In this document: piece by piece, positions 26,480 to 36,648 of the stretch
Layout: every line of letters begins with the position of its first letter
Numbering within the stretch: position 1 is the first letter of the stretch
Source: an uncultured Chloroflexia bacterium
Lineage (GTDB): Bacteria; Chloroflexota; Limnocylindria; Limnocylindrales; CSP1-4
Assembly (NCBI GenBank): GCA_963752475.1
Contig: CAVVYR010000007.1
Coordinates: 384,001-448,000, forward strand
Direction: 5' to 3'
Length of the DNA stretch: 64,000 bases
Made by a program: the position numbers and the translations under genes
Notes under the pieces: model-generated
What the model was told of the DNA's origin: nothing
Database searches by the model: none
Seen by the model: only the letters and a program-made list of their open reading frames with translations

Positions 26480-27658
26480 ATGACCATCGAACCGACGACT
26501 CGTTCGCGTCTGTCCCAGCGCGTCAAGGACGTGCCGCCCAGCGGCATCCGCAAGTTCTTCGACGTGCTGGCATCGATGCCGGACGTGATCAGCCTGGGCG
26601 TCGGTGAGCCAGACTTCGACACGCCCCGCGTCGTCGTCGAGGCGGGCGTGGAGGCACTGCGCTCCGGGCGCACGCACTACACCAGCAACTACGGCACGCT
26701 CGAGCTGCGTGAGGCCCTGAGCAGCCACCTGCAGCGCCGGTACGAGGTGGCCTACGACCCGGCCACCGAGATGGTCATCACCGTCGGCGCCTCGGAGGCG
26801 TTGGCGGTCACGTTGGCGGCGCTCATCGATCCTGGAGACGAGGTCGTGGTCGCGGAGCCCACGTACGTGGCCTACGTGCCGGACATCATCTTCAGCGGTG
26901 GCCAGCCGGTCTTCGTGCCCTGCAGCCCGAGCGATGGCTGGCAGCTGGATCCCGACGCGGTCGAGGCCGCCATCACGCCACGCACCAAGGCCATCTTCCT
27001 GGGCTTCCCCAACAACCCCACCGGAGCCGTCCTCGACCCCGATCGCATCCGGGCCATCGCGGAGGTAGCGGAGCGTCACGACCTCCTCGTCATCAGCGAC
27101 GAGATCTATGACCGGCTCGTCTATGGCGGTCATCAGCACGAGGCCTTCAGTGCGCTGCCGGGCATGCGTGATCGGACGGTCCTGCTCGGCGGCTTCTCCA
27201 AGTCATACGCCATGACCGGCTGGCGCGTGGGCTACGCGTGTGCGCCCGCGGACCTGCTCGACGGCATCGTCAAGATCCACCAGTACATCATCATGTCGGC
27301 GCCGACGGTGGCCCAGGACGCGGCTCTCGCGGGCCTGCAGAAGGCGGATGCGGATGTCGCGCGCATGGTCGCCGAGTACGATCGGCGCCGGCGGCTATTC
27401 GTCGACGGCCTGAACCGCATCGGGCTGGCCACGGTCGAGCCCCGCGGCGCGTTCTACGCCTTCCCGGACATCGGCGCCACCGGCCTCTCGAGCGCGGAGT
27501 TCGCGGAGCGACTGCTGCGCGAGCAGGAGGTCGCGATCATCCCCGGAGACGCCTTCGGCGCCAGCGGTGAAGGCTACGTGCGAGCGTCGATCGCGACCTC
27601 GTACGGGAAGCTGGAGGAAGCCCTCGTCCGTATCGAGCGCTTCGTCGGTAGCCTCTGA
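26480..27658 (+). CDS. PLP-dependent aminotransferase class I/II
   Basis: LGVGEPDF, PNNPTG, SDEIY, GFSKSYAMTGWRVG. Confidence 0.95.
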   Translation: MTIEPTTRSRLSQRVKDVPPSGIRKFFDVLASMPDVISLGVGEPDFDTPRVVVEAGVEALRSGRTHYTSNYGTLELREALSSHLQRRYEVAYDPATEMVITVGASEALAVTLAALIDPGDEVVVAEPTYVAYVPDIIFSGGQPVFVPCSPSDGWQLDPDAVEAAITPRTKAIFLGFPNNPTGAVLDPDRIRAIAEVAERHDLLVISDEIYDRLVYGGHQHEAFSALPGMRDRTVLLGGFSKSYAMTGWRVGYACAPADLLDGIVKIHQYIIMSAPTVAQDAALAGLQKADADVARMVAEYDRRRRLFVDGLNRIGLATVEPRGAFYAFPDIGATGLSSAEFAERLLREQEVAIIPGDAFGASGEGYVRASIATSYGKLEEALVRIERFVGSL

Positions 27659-29136
27659 TGGGGGCGACAGCAGCGGTCGCCGCCGACGCCACCTACGAGC
27701 CGGTCATCGGCATCGAGATCCACGTCGAGCTCAAGACCGCCTCGAAGATGTTCTGCGGCTGTTCGGGCGACATCTCTGATGCCCCACCCAACGAGCTGAC
27801 CTGTCCGGTGTGTCTGGCCATGCCCGGAGCGCTGCCGGTCATCAACCGCGAGGCGGTGCGACACGTGCTCGCGGTCGGCATCGCCATCGGTGCGACCACG
27901 CCCGACGTCACCCGCTGGGATCGCAAGAACTACTTCTACCCGGACCTGCCCAAGGGCTACCAGATCAGCCAGTACGAGCTGCCGCTGGCGGCGCGCGGCT
28001 CGCTCACGGTGGAGACATCGCACGGGCCCGAGACGGTCGGCATCACGCGCGCGCACCTCGAAGAGGACACCGCCCGCTCCCAGCACACGCGCCTCGGCGA
28101 CCGCCCCGTCAGCCTGCTCGATTTCGACCGCTCCGGCGTGCCCCTGCTCGAGATCGTGACCGACCCCGTCATCCACGATGCCGAGACCGCGCGTCGATAC
28201 GCGGAGGAGCTGCGCCTGCTGCTGGTGACCATCGGCGCTTCGGACGCGGCCATGGAGAGCGGCCAGATGCGCGTGGAGGCCAATGTCTCGTTGCGGCCTG
28301 TTGGCACGGAGCCCTTCGGCACGCGCGTCGAGGTCAAGAACATGAACTCGTTCCGCTCGGTCGAGCGCGCTATCGACTTCGAGATCGCTCGCCAGGAGGC
28401 AGCGCTGCGGGCGGGTGAACCGCTCATCCAGGAGACCCGCGGCTGGGATGACGACCGAGGCGTGACGTATCACATGCGCACCAAGGAGACCTCGGACGAC
28501 TACCGTTACTTCCCTGATCCCGACCTGCCGCCGCTGCACGTCGACGCGGCCTGGCTCGAGGAGATCGCCGCCGGGCTGCCCGAGCTGCCCGCGGCTCGCC
28601 GCGCGCGCTACGAGGAGGAGTTGGGCCTCTCCGCCTACGACGCTGACGTGCTCGTGGCCGATGCCGGCGCCAGCGCGGTCTTCGAGGCTGCGCGTGCGGC
28701 CGACCCGACGCTGCCGCCGAAGAAGCTTTCCAATTGGGTCAGCGGCGAGTACCTGCGGCTGGCCAAGGGCGAGGAGGAGGGCGTCGATGTCGGTCGCATC
28801 GACGGTCAGCAGCTGGCCGCGCTCGTGCGCCTCGTCGAGGATGGCCAGATCAGCGGCACCAACGCCAAGGAGGTCCTGCTGCGGGTCGGTCGCGACGGTC
28901 GACCAGTGGCCGACATCGTGGCCCAGTCGGGCTTCAAGCAGATCAGCGACACCGGTGCGCTGCAGGCGGCCGTCGACGAGGTCATCGCCGACAACCCCGC
29001 AGCCGTAGCCGATATCCGCGCTGGTGAGAAGAAGGCCATCGGATTCCTCACCGGTCAGATCATGAAGAAGACGCGAGGTCAGGCCAACGCCGGCGTCGTG
29101 CAGCAGCTCATCCGCGAGAGCCTGGAGGTCGAGTAG
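27658..29136 (+). CDS. gatB: Asp/Glu-tRNA amidotransferase subunit B
   Basis: IGIEIHVEL, RKNYFYPDLPKGYQISQ, VEVKNMNSF, DYRYFPDPDL. Confidence 0.98.
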   Translation: MGATAAVAADATYEPVIGIEIHVELKTASKMFCGCSGDISDAPPNELTCPVCLAMPGALPVINREAVRHVLAVGIAIGATTPDVTRWDRKNYFYPDLPKGYQISQYELPLAARGSLTVETSHGPETVGITRAHLEEDTARSQHTRLGDRPVSLLDFDRSGVPLLEIVTDPVIHDAETARRYAEELRLLLVTIGASDAAMESGQMRVEANVSLRPVGTEPFGTRVEVKNMNSFRSVERAIDFEIARQEAALRAGEPLIQETRGWDDDRGVTYHMRTKETSDDYRYFPDPDLPPLHVDAAWLEEIAAGLPELPAARRARYEEELGLSAYDADVLVADAGASAVFEAARAADPTLPPKKLSNWVSGEYLRLAKGEEEGVDVGRIDGQQLAALVRLVEDGQISGTNAKEVLLRVGRDGRPVADIVAQSGFKQISDTGALQAAVDEVIADNPAAVADIRAGEKKAIGFLTGQIMKKTRGQANAGVVQQLIRESLEVE

Positions 29137-29141
29137 GGGAG

Positions 29142-29423
29142 ATGGAAGCACTCAGCCTCGTGCTCATCGCCGGCGGCATCGTGGCCATCATCGTGGCCGC
29201 GTCGCAGATGCGTGGTCCGCTCGCTACGGTCCGCCGGCTCGACGAGACCCAGGCCAACATCGATCGCTACGAGTCCTGGCGCGGCAAGCAGACCGGTCCG
29301 CAGGCCGATGGACCGACCGGCGCCGATGTCATGCGCGCGCAGATGCGCCAGCGCCTGATCGTCTGGGGTGTCGTCGCGGGTGCGGGCGTGGTCTCGATCT
29401 TCGTGGGGCTGATCGCCGCCTAG
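29142..29423 (+). CDS. Small 2-TM hypothetical protein
   Basis: Hydrophobic N- and C-termini, directly after gatB. Confidence 0.7.
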   Translation: MEALSLVLIAGGIVAIIVAASQMRGPLATVRRLDETQANIDRYESWRGKQTGPQADGPTGADVMRAQMRQRLIVWGVVAGAGVVSIFVGLIAA

Positions 29424-29454
29424 GCTCGCCTCGGCTCGAGGCGGAGAGTCGACG

Positions 29455-30687
29455 TCAATCGGCCGCGACTTCCTCGACGGCGGCGGTGAAGGGCTCGTCG
29501 GGGTCGTTGATGAAGACGCCGCAGCCGTCCGGACAGGCCTCCACCTGACCGGTCTGGATGGCGAGCTCCGCCTCCGCGTAGAAGTCGTTGGTGTCGACGC
29601 GCTTGGTCGAGGACAGGCGCCACTCATCGGTGATACCAACGCCGCCACCCTGGAGGTCGAAGGTCGTGACCGACGGGTTGCTGCCCTGCGAGAAGAAGAA
29701 CATCGCTTCCTCGACGGCCCGAGCCACGTCCGTGGTGATGGAAGCCATCACGCACTCATCGTCGAGATCAGGACGGGCGGCAGTGATGTCCATGCCGGTG
29801 CCGATGACCTTGACGCCGGCTTCGCAGGCCGCCTCGACCATGCCCATCGTCGCGCCGCGACCCACCGGCAACAGCACCGTCGGCTGGTGCACGTCGAGGA
29901 AGGCCTCGGCGAACGTCTTGGCGCTGGCCTCGTCGCTGAATCCGCCGACCTCGTCCTCGGAGATGTAGCCGAGCTCGATCTCGATCTCCGGCTCGACGCT
30001 GCGGGCGCCGTTCACGAACCCGGTGATGTAGCGGTCGCATGCTATGCAGTCGAAGCTGCCGGTGATGATGCCCAGCGAGCCTCCGCGGCTTTCGCGTGCA
30101 GCCACGACACCGGCGAGGTAGGCGGCTTCCTCTACCGCGAACTCGATGGCCGCATAGTTCCCGGGCATCGTGCCCTCGGCGCCGAGGCATTGACGCGTGA
30201 GGTCAGGCTGGCCGTTCTCGTCGAGACAGGGCAACGGCTGGTCGAGGTCGACGATGGTGGTTTCGGGATTGGCGCGGGCGATGCCCACGTTGGCCTTCCA
30301 GTCGCCGCCGGAGATGATCATGAGCCGAGGATTGAGCTCGCCCGCGAGATCGAGGGCCGCCTGGGTGATCGCGTCGGTCTCCGCGAAGGGGTCCGATGAG
30401 ATGAAACCGCCGGGCGCCGCCCCCTTCTTGGAGTCCTTCTTGGGCTGCTCGGGGGCGCTCGTCTTGCCGCCGAGCTGGTCCTGGTAGCCGCGCGCCGCGC
30501 GAAGGACGAGAGCATTGAGGTCGGCGTCATCGAGGGCACTAGTAAGGACGGCGGTCAGCAGGCTCGGACCCGCTTCGTTCGGGAAGCGCGTGTCGATCCC
30601 CGGCGTCTGGCCCACGACCACGCTGGAGGCAGCCAGCGTCAGGGCCGTCGCGGCGGTGATGGCTCGGAGCACGGGGTAGGCGCGCAT
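29455..30687 (-). CDS. Divergent BMP-family substrate-binding protein
   Basis: AYLAGVVAA, YITGFVNGA, ACEAGVKVIG; signal peptide; GAAAGGGA RBS. Confidence 0.8.
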   Translation of the reverse strand: MRAYPVLRAITAATALTLAASSVVVGQTPGIDTRFPNEAGPSLLTAVLTSALDDADLNALVLRAARGYQDQLGGKTSAPEQPKKDSKKGAAPGGFISSDPFAETDAITQAALDLAGELNPRLMIISGGDWKANVGIARANPETTIVDLDQPLPCLDENGQPDLTRQCLGAEGTMPGNYAAIEFAVEEAAYLAGVVAARESRGGSLGIITGSFDCIACDRYITGFVNGARSVEPEIEIELGYISEDEVGGFSDEASAKTFAEAFLDVHQPTVLLPVGRGATMGMVEAACEAGVKVIGTGMDITAARPDLDDECVMASITTDVARAVEEAMFFFSQGSNPSVTTFDLQGGGVGITDEWRLSSTKRVDTNDFYAEAELAIQTGQVEACPDGCGVFINDPDEPFTAAVEEVAAD

Positions 30688-30880
30688 GGGATCCCTTTCT
30701 CGGCAGGCTCGTCGACGACGACTGCATGGTACGAGCGATGGGCGCTCTGTGCTGCAGGACCATCGGGGCGGCCGCCTGTCGGACCTTCGTGCGGTCCGGT
30801 GGGGTCTGGTACGGTCCGGCGGCGCGTCGCGGCTGTTGCGGTCGGACGCGGCTGGGCCCGAACACCTTGCCTGGGTGTAG

Positions 30881-31354
30881 CTACTCGTGGATGTACCGGT
30901 GCAGCACGGCCGTGCAGCGATCCATGACCACGTCGAGCCCACCCGCGTGTGCGATGCGGACCGCCTCGGCTGAGATCACGCCCTGCTGCAGCCACAGCGC
31001 ACCGCTGTCGGTGGCCACAGCGGAACGGGCGATGGCCGGCGTGTACTCGGGGCGGCGGAAGACATCCACGATGTCGAACGGCCCCGTCGCGGCCACTGCC
31101 ATCTCGAGCGACGGATATGCGGCCGATCCGTGGACCTCGCTGATCTTGGGGTTGACCGGCACACACTCGTAGCCCTGGTCGAGCAGGTAGCGCAGGACCG
31201 AGTTCGAGGCCCGCCACGGCAGCGCCGAGGCGCCCACGACCGCGATGCGTCGAGCGTCCCGCAGCAGCTCGATTGCCTCCGCATCGCTCAGCAGCGGCAG
31301 CGCGTCGTTCGGTGGCTCGTCGAACAACTCGATGGCGCGGCGTTCGGGTTCCAT
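30881..31354 (-). CDS. CoA-binding protein (YccU-like)
   Basis: IAVVGAS, PVNP, DIVDVFR, LWLQQG, VVMDRC. Confidence 0.93.
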   Translation of the reverse strand: MEPERRAIELFDEPPNDALPLLSDAEAIELLRDARRIAVVGASALPWRASNSVLRYLLDQGYECVPVNPKISEVHGSAAYPSLEMAVAATGPFDIVDVFRRPEYTPAIARSAVATDSGALWLQQGVISAEAVRIAHAGGLDVVMDRCTAVLHRYIHE

Positions 31355-31417
31355 GACCATCAGGCTAGCGCCGCACCCAGATCAGCGTCGTGACCGACAT
31401 CGCACACGTTGCCGTCG

Positions 31418-32494
31418 CTACGAAGCGCTCTCTCGTTCGTACGGTTTGCCCACCGCCGCGGGGGCCACGCTCCGGCCGACGGCGCCGGCGAGGATGACGA
31501 TGGTCACGAGGTACGGCAAGGCCGCCCAGAACTGGTTGGGCACCGCGGTCAGGATGTCGCCCAGCTCACCCGTCGGCGGGATCGTGCGCAGCGCGATGCT
31601 GAGCGAGCTCGCGCCGGCGAAGAGCAGGGCAGCGCCGAACGCGCCCAGCGGCATCCAGCGCCCGAAGATGAGGGCGGCGAGGGCGATGAAGCCGCGCCCC
31701 GCGGTCATGTTCGCCTGGAAGGAGTTGCCGAAATCGAGCGTGAACCAGGCGCCCGCGAGTCCCGCGAAGATGCCGCCAAGGATGACGTTGCGATAGCGCA
31801 GCTTGATGACATCGATGCCCACCGTCTCGGCTGCCTTGGGGTGTTCACCCACCGACCGGGTACGGAGACCCCAGCGGGACCGGAAGAGCAGGATCTGCAG
31901 CACGATCGCGAGGATGATCACGCTCATCGTGATCGGCCCGTGGTTCAGGAACATGTTGAAGATCCAACCCACGAAGGGCAGATCGGTCAGGAATTCGGGC
32001 GGGGTGTACGGGGTGAACTTGCCCGCCGAGATCGGCGCGGTGCGGCTGATGATGATGATGAGATAGCCGGTCACGCCGAGGGCCACGATGTTGATGACGA
32101 CGCCACTGATGATCTGGTCGGCCTTGACCGTGATCGACAGCCAGGCGTGAACCGCCGACACGACCATGCCGGTGACGATGGCTGCCAGCACGCCGATGAC
32201 GAGGGCCGGTGTCGCGCCGAAGAGGAAGTCGGCCGTGGGCTGGTCGGGGAAGGCCTGCACGACCAGGATGGCGACGAACCAGCCTGCGAAGGCCGATGAG
32301 ATCATCATGCCTTCGATGCCGATGTTGACCACGCCGGAGCGCTCGTTCATGAAGCCGCAGTAGGAGCCCAAGGCGATCGGCGCCGCCAGCGCGAGGATGA
32401 CCGCGCCGTTGAGCGTAAGCACCTGGATCATGTAGTCGGCCAACTGGAAGACGATGCCCAGGATGGGGATGTCGAACAGGGGCGTCAGATCCAC
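31418..32494 (-). CDS. Nucleoside/sugar ABC transporter permease
   Basis: ERSGVVNIGIEG, RSVGEHPKAAETVG, AGRGFIALAALIFG. Confidence 0.93.
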   Translation of the reverse strand: MDLTPLFDIPILGIVFQLADYMIQVLTLNGAVILALAAPIALGSYCGFMNERSGVVNIGIEGMMISSAFAGWFVAILVVQAFPDQPTADFLFGATPALVIGVLAAIVTGMVVSAVHAWLSITVKADQIISGVVINIVALGVTGYLIIIISRTAPISAGKFTPYTPPEFLTDLPFVGWIFNMFLNHGPITMSVIILAIVLQILLFRSRWGLRTRSVGEHPKAAETVGIDVIKLRYRNVILGGIFAGLAGAWFTLDFGNSFQANMTAGRGFIALAALIFGRWMPLGAFGAALLFAGASSLSIALRTIPPTGELGDILTAVPNQFWAALPYLVTIVILAGAVGRSVAPAAVGKPYERESAS

Positions 32495-32504
32495 GGCTGA
32501 CTCC

Positions 32505-33686
32505 TCACGAACCCGAGGCGGACGATCCGCCGTAGCTGCTGGTGACCGTCTTGAGCTCGTCCACCTCGACGCCCTGATCGCCGCGGATGCGGAAGACCCA
32601 GCGCACGATGAGGTCGGCGGCCAGGAAGAAGAGGATGACGCCCTGGAGGATATCGACCATCTGGATGGGCACGCCGGCCTGGATCTGCATCAGCGGGGCA
32701 CCGGCGCGGAGCGCGCCCAGCAGGATGCCGCCGAAGAGGATGCCGAACGGGTTGGCACGACCGAGGAGCGCGACGGTGATGGCGTCGAACCCGACGGTGG
32801 TGGCGTACGTCGCGGGCAGGTTGCCCTGCACGCCCAGGATCTCGATGGCGCCGGCGAGCCCGGCCAGCAGACCGGCGGCGGCCATCGTGCCCGAGATCAG
32901 CAGCTTCGGCCGCATGCCCGCGTAGCGGGCAGCGTCGGGGTTGGCACCGACCGTCCGGACTTCGAAGCCGATGGTGGTGCGGTAGAGGATCCACCAGGTG
33001 ATGGGCACCGCGATGAAGGCGATGAGCACACCCAGGTGCAGCTCACGGCTGCCGAAGGCCAGGAACGGCAGGGCTGCGTTGCCGACCTCCGCCGTCCGCG
33101 CGAATGTCGCCGTGGAGTCGCGCAAGGGCCCGGTCACGGCCCAGGAGACGATGGCCAGGGCCACGTAGTTGAGCATGATCGTGACCACGACCTCGTGGGC
33201 CCCGGTGTTGGCCTTCAGCCAGCCGGGGATGAAGCCGTAGGCCGCGCCGGCAACGACGCCGCCCAGCAGGGCCAGCGGGACGGCGACAAAGGGAGACGCC
33301 TCGGCCAGGAGGACCGCCACCGTGACGGCACCCAGAGCGCCCATCAGGAACTGACCCTGCGCGCCGATGTTGAAGAGTCCGGCCTTGAAGCCGATACCCA
33401 CCGCCAGGCCAGCCAGGATGTACGGCGTGGCGCGGACAAGCGTGTCGATGACGCCATTGAGGCCCAGGAACTCGATAGAGAAGGGGCTGAGCGAGATGGC
33501 GATGCCGGTGGCGCCCTGGATGAGCGCGAGGTAGGCATCGACCCACAGCCACGGGTCGAAGCTGCCAGTGATGATGGGGCTGGTCAGCACCATGATCACC
33601 GCACCCACCATGAAGGCGAGCAGCACTGCGCCCGCGGTGATGGCGAGCTGAGCACGCAGCGAGCGGCTGAGCAGCCTGTTGATCAT
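32505..33686 (-). CDS. Nucleoside/sugar ABC transporter permease
   Basis: GLFNIGAQGQ, HEVVVTIMLNY, GFDAITVALLG. Confidence 0.93.
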   Translation of the reverse strand: MINRLLSRSLRAQLAITAGAVLLAFMVGAVIMVLTSPIITGSFDPWLWVDAYLALIQGATGIAISLSPFSIEFLGLNGVIDTLVRATPYILAGLAVGIGFKAGLFNIGAQGQFLMGALGAVTVAVLLAEASPFVAVPLALLGGVVAGAAYGFIPGWLKANTGAHEVVVTIMLNYVALAIVSWAVTGPLRDSTATFARTAEVGNAALPFLAFGSRELHLGVLIAFIAVPITWWILYRTTIGFEVRTVGANPDAARYAGMRPKLLISGTMAAAGLLAGLAGAIEILGVQGNLPATYATTVGFDAITVALLGRANPFGILFGGILLGALRAGAPLMQIQAGVPIQMVDILQGVILFFLAADLIVRWVFRIRGDQGVEVDELKTVTSSYGGSSASGS

Positions 33687-35266
33687 GAGGCGGCCCCTTG
33701 GCTGGACGTGCCCTCCGCACGCCCACCGGTCGCCATGAGCAGGCCGACCTCCTCCTTGTTGGCCGTACGGCCGTCGACCACGGCCACGAGCTTGCCGCGG
33801 TACATGACCGCGATGCGGTCGGAGAGCTCGAGCACCTCGTCAAGCTCGGCGCTCACGAGCAGGACGGCTGTCCCCGCGTCACGTTTGTCGATGACCTGCC
33901 TGTGGATGAACTCGATGCTGCCCACGTCGAGGCCACGGGTAGGCTGATCCAGCACGAGCAGCTTGAGCTCGCGATCGAACTCGCGCGCGACGATCAGCTT
34001 CTGCTGGTTGCCACCCGAGAGCGTGCCGGCAGTGACGGTCGCAGCCGGCGTGCGCACGTCGTATTGCGCGATGGCCTCATCCGCTCGCTTCGCGATGGCA
34101 CCCTCGTCGCGGATCACGCCGCGTGAGTACGGCTCCATGTAGTAGTCGGTCAGGACCGCGTTGTCGGTGATCGGGAACGACAGCACCAGCCCGAAGCGGT
34201 GCCGATCGGCCGGGACATAGGCCACGTTCTTGCCGTGCAGGTCACGCGTGCCGTCGCTGGTCACGTCCTCACCATCGAGCATGATGGTGCCGGACCGTGG
34301 CTGGCGCAGGCCGGTGATGGCCTCGACGAGCTCGTCCTGTCCATTGCCCGCGACGCCGGCGATGCCGAGGATCTCGCCGGCGCGGACCTCCAGGCTCACG
34401 CCGTCCACGACATCACCGCCGTGACCTCCGGCCACGCGCAGGTCCTCGACCTGGAGCATGGGCTCCGCAGGGTGACTCTCACCGCGATCGACCGTCAGCT
34501 GGACCTCGCGACCCACCATCAACTCGGCCAGATCGTCCTCGTCGGTCTCGCTGGGAATGCGGCTGCCGACGACCTTGCCCCGTCGGATGACGGTGATGCG
34601 GTCGGCGATCTCAAGGACCTCGTACAGCTTGTGGCTGATGAAGATGATGCTGTGGCCCTCGGAGGCGAGCCGTCGCAGGACGGCGAAGATCTCGACGGTC
34701 TCCTGTGGGGTCAGCACGGCCGTGGGCTCGTCGAGCACCAGGATCCGGGCTTCGCGGTACAGCGCCTTGAGGATCTCGACGCGCTGCTGCCAGCCGACCG
34801 AGAGGTCGCCCACCTTCTGGTTCGGGTCGAGCTCGAAGCCGAAGCGTTGGCCCAGCTCGATGATGCGGCGGTTGGCCTCGCCCCTGTCGAGGAAGATGCG
34901 GTCGCGCATGGCTTCCTTGCCCAGGAGCACGTTGTCCGCGACGGTCAGGACGGGCACGAGCATGAAGTGCTGGTGGACCATGCTGATGCCTCGGTCGATG
35001 GCGTCGGTGGGATCGGCGATCTCGACGACCTCGCCGTCGAGCAGGATCTGCCCCTCGTCCGGCTTGGCCAGACCGTAGAGCACGTTCATGAGGGTCGACT
35101 TGCCCGCGCCGTTCTCACCCAGCAGGGCGTGGATCTCTCCAGGCTTGATCTCGAGGTCGATGCCGTCGTTGGCGACGACGCCGGGATAGCGCTTGGTGAT
35201 CCCGCGCATCTCGAGCGCAGGCGCCGTGACCTTCGCCGGTGGCAGGTCCGCTGATGGGGCCGTCAC
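33683..35266 (-). CDS. Nucleoside/sugar ABC transporter ATP-binding protein (two NBDs)
   Basis: GENGAGKS, LDEPTAVL, LSGGNQQK, QPTRGLD; GGAGG before GTG 35266. Confidence 0.95.
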   Translation of the reverse strand: MTAPSADLPPAKVTAPALEMRGITKRYPGVVANDGIDLEIKPGEIHALLGENGAGKSTLMNVLYGLAKPDEGQILLDGEVVEIADPTDAIDRGISMVHQHFMLVPVLTVADNVLLGKEAMRDRIFLDRGEANRRIIELGQRFGFELDPNQKVGDLSVGWQQRVEILKALYREARILVLDEPTAVLTPQETVEIFAVLRRLASEGHSIIFISHKLYEVLEIADRITVIRRGKVVGSRIPSETDEDDLAELMVGREVQLTVDRGESHPAEPMLQVEDLRVAGGHGGDVVDGVSLEVRAGEILGIAGVAGNGQDELVEAITGLRQPRSGTIMLDGEDVTSDGTRDLHGKNVAYVPADRHRFGLVLSFPITDNAVLTDYYMEPYSRGVIRDEGAIAKRADEAIAQYDVRTPAATVTAGTLSGGNQQKLIVAREFDRELKLLVLDQPTRGLDVGSIEFIHRQVIDKRDAGTAVLLVSAELDEVLELSDRIAVMYRGKLVAVVDGRTANKEEVGLLMATGGRAEGTSSQGAAS

Positions 35267-35315
35267 GTCGTTCTGGCCTCCCTGGTCGGGTCCCTCATAT
35301 GAGTCGCTATCGTCG

Positions 35316-35357
35316 AACTGGGTGCTTGGTGGTGCCAACTGAGTGCTTGGTGGTGCC
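35316..35357. repeat. Tandem 21-bp direct repeat, possible operator
   Basis: AACTGGGTGCTTGGTGGTGCC / AACTGAGTGCTTGGTGGTGCC, intergenic. Confidence 0.75.
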
Positions 35358-35422
35358 TAAGAGTAGCGGGCCGACCTACCGGCCGGCCCGCTGACTCGAC
35401 ATATCGAGGACTTACCTGTGGG

Positions 35423-36487
35423 CTACGGAAGCGTCTGGACGCACAGGCCCACGTCGTTCGTCTCGCAGGGCTGGATGGAGCCGTCCACGATACCGGCCTC
35501 GGCGGCCGCGATGGCTTCGCGGGTCTCGTCGCTGATGAGGTCCTCGAACTCGTGGAACGAGGACAGGCCCACGTCTCCGGTGTCAAGTCCGAGGACGTTG
35601 ATGCCCGGGCTGGGGTTGCCCTCGACGATCGAGACGATGGCGTCGTTCACGTTCTTGGAGAGCTTCTTCTCAGCGCTCACGATGGTGCACTCAGCGGTCT
35701 CGGGGGTGGAGATGTACTGGTCGACGTCCACGCCGATGGCCTTGATGCCGGCGTCGCAGGCGGCCTGCAGCACGCCGTTGCCGGTGAGGCCGGCGACCTG
35801 GAACACGACGTCGATATCGGGGTCCTGCGCCAGCAGCTGCTGCGTGAAGGTGGCGCCGCCGGCCGGATCGGCGAACGCGGCTGCATCCGCTGCCTCGGAG
35901 ACGTAGGCGACCGTGACGTCGATGTCGGGGTTGACCGAGAGCGCGCCGTTGGCGTAGCCCTCGATGTAGTTCACGACGGGCGGGATGACCGCGGTGCCAC
36001 CGACGGTGGCGATGTGGCCCGTCTCGCTGAGCGACGCCGCGACGACGCCGGCAAGATAACCCGGTTCCGCCTCGCGCCAGTAGATGCCGATGTAGTTCTC
36101 GCTCTCGGGCGGCGGTCCCTGGTCGACACCGACGAACCAGATGTCGGGGTTGGCCTCGGCGGCCTTGAGGGTGTCCTCGCCAGCGGCGAAGCCGACGGTC
36201 ACGATGATGTCGTAGTCCTGGTCGACGAACGCCTGGATGTTGGGCGCGATGTCAGCGGACGCTTGGCTGATGGCGTACTGCGGCTCGCCTGCGCCCACGG
36301 CCTCGGCGCCTGTCTGCGTGCCTTCCCACGAGTACTGGTTGAAGTTGCGGTCGTTGATCGTCCCGACGTCCGTGACGAGACCGATCTTCAGGTCGGAGCC
36401 GTCCTGGGCCGCGACGACGGCTGCGCCCGCGAGGGCTCCGGTGGCCGCCAGCGTGAGCGCCAGGGTTGCGGTAGTGAACCTGCGCAT
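35423..36487 (-). CDS. BMP-family ABC substrate-binding protein (purine nucleoside type)
   Basis: INDRNFNQYSWEG, GYLAGVVAA, FQVAGLTGNG, IGVDVDQ; GAGGAGG RBS. Confidence 0.93.
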   Translation of the reverse strand: MRRFTTATLALTLAATGALAGAAVVAAQDGSDLKIGLVTDVGTINDRNFNQYSWEGTQTGAEAVGAGEPQYAISQASADIAPNIQAFVDQDYDIIVTVGFAAGEDTLKAAEANPDIWFVGVDQGPPPESENYIGIYWREAEPGYLAGVVAASLSETGHIATVGGTAVIPPVVNYIEGYANGALSVNPDIDVTVAYVSEAADAAAFADPAGGATFTQQLLAQDPDIDVVFQVAGLTGNGVLQAACDAGIKAIGVDVDQYISTPETAECTIVSAEKKLSKNVNDAIVSIVEGNPSPGINVLGLDTGDVGLSSFHEFEDLISDETREAIAAAEAGIVDGSIQPCETNDVGLCVQTLP

Positions 36488-36648
36488 GCATTCCTCCTCT
36501 GGTCCGAGACGCCTGCACAAGCACGCCCGGACGTGTCTATCCGTCCTACACCACACCGTGGGGACGGGCACTGCTGGCATCGTACCGCCTCTTGTCCGGG
36601 CATGGAAGGAGAACACGCGGGACGACAATCGCGGCTGGAAGCGGAGGC

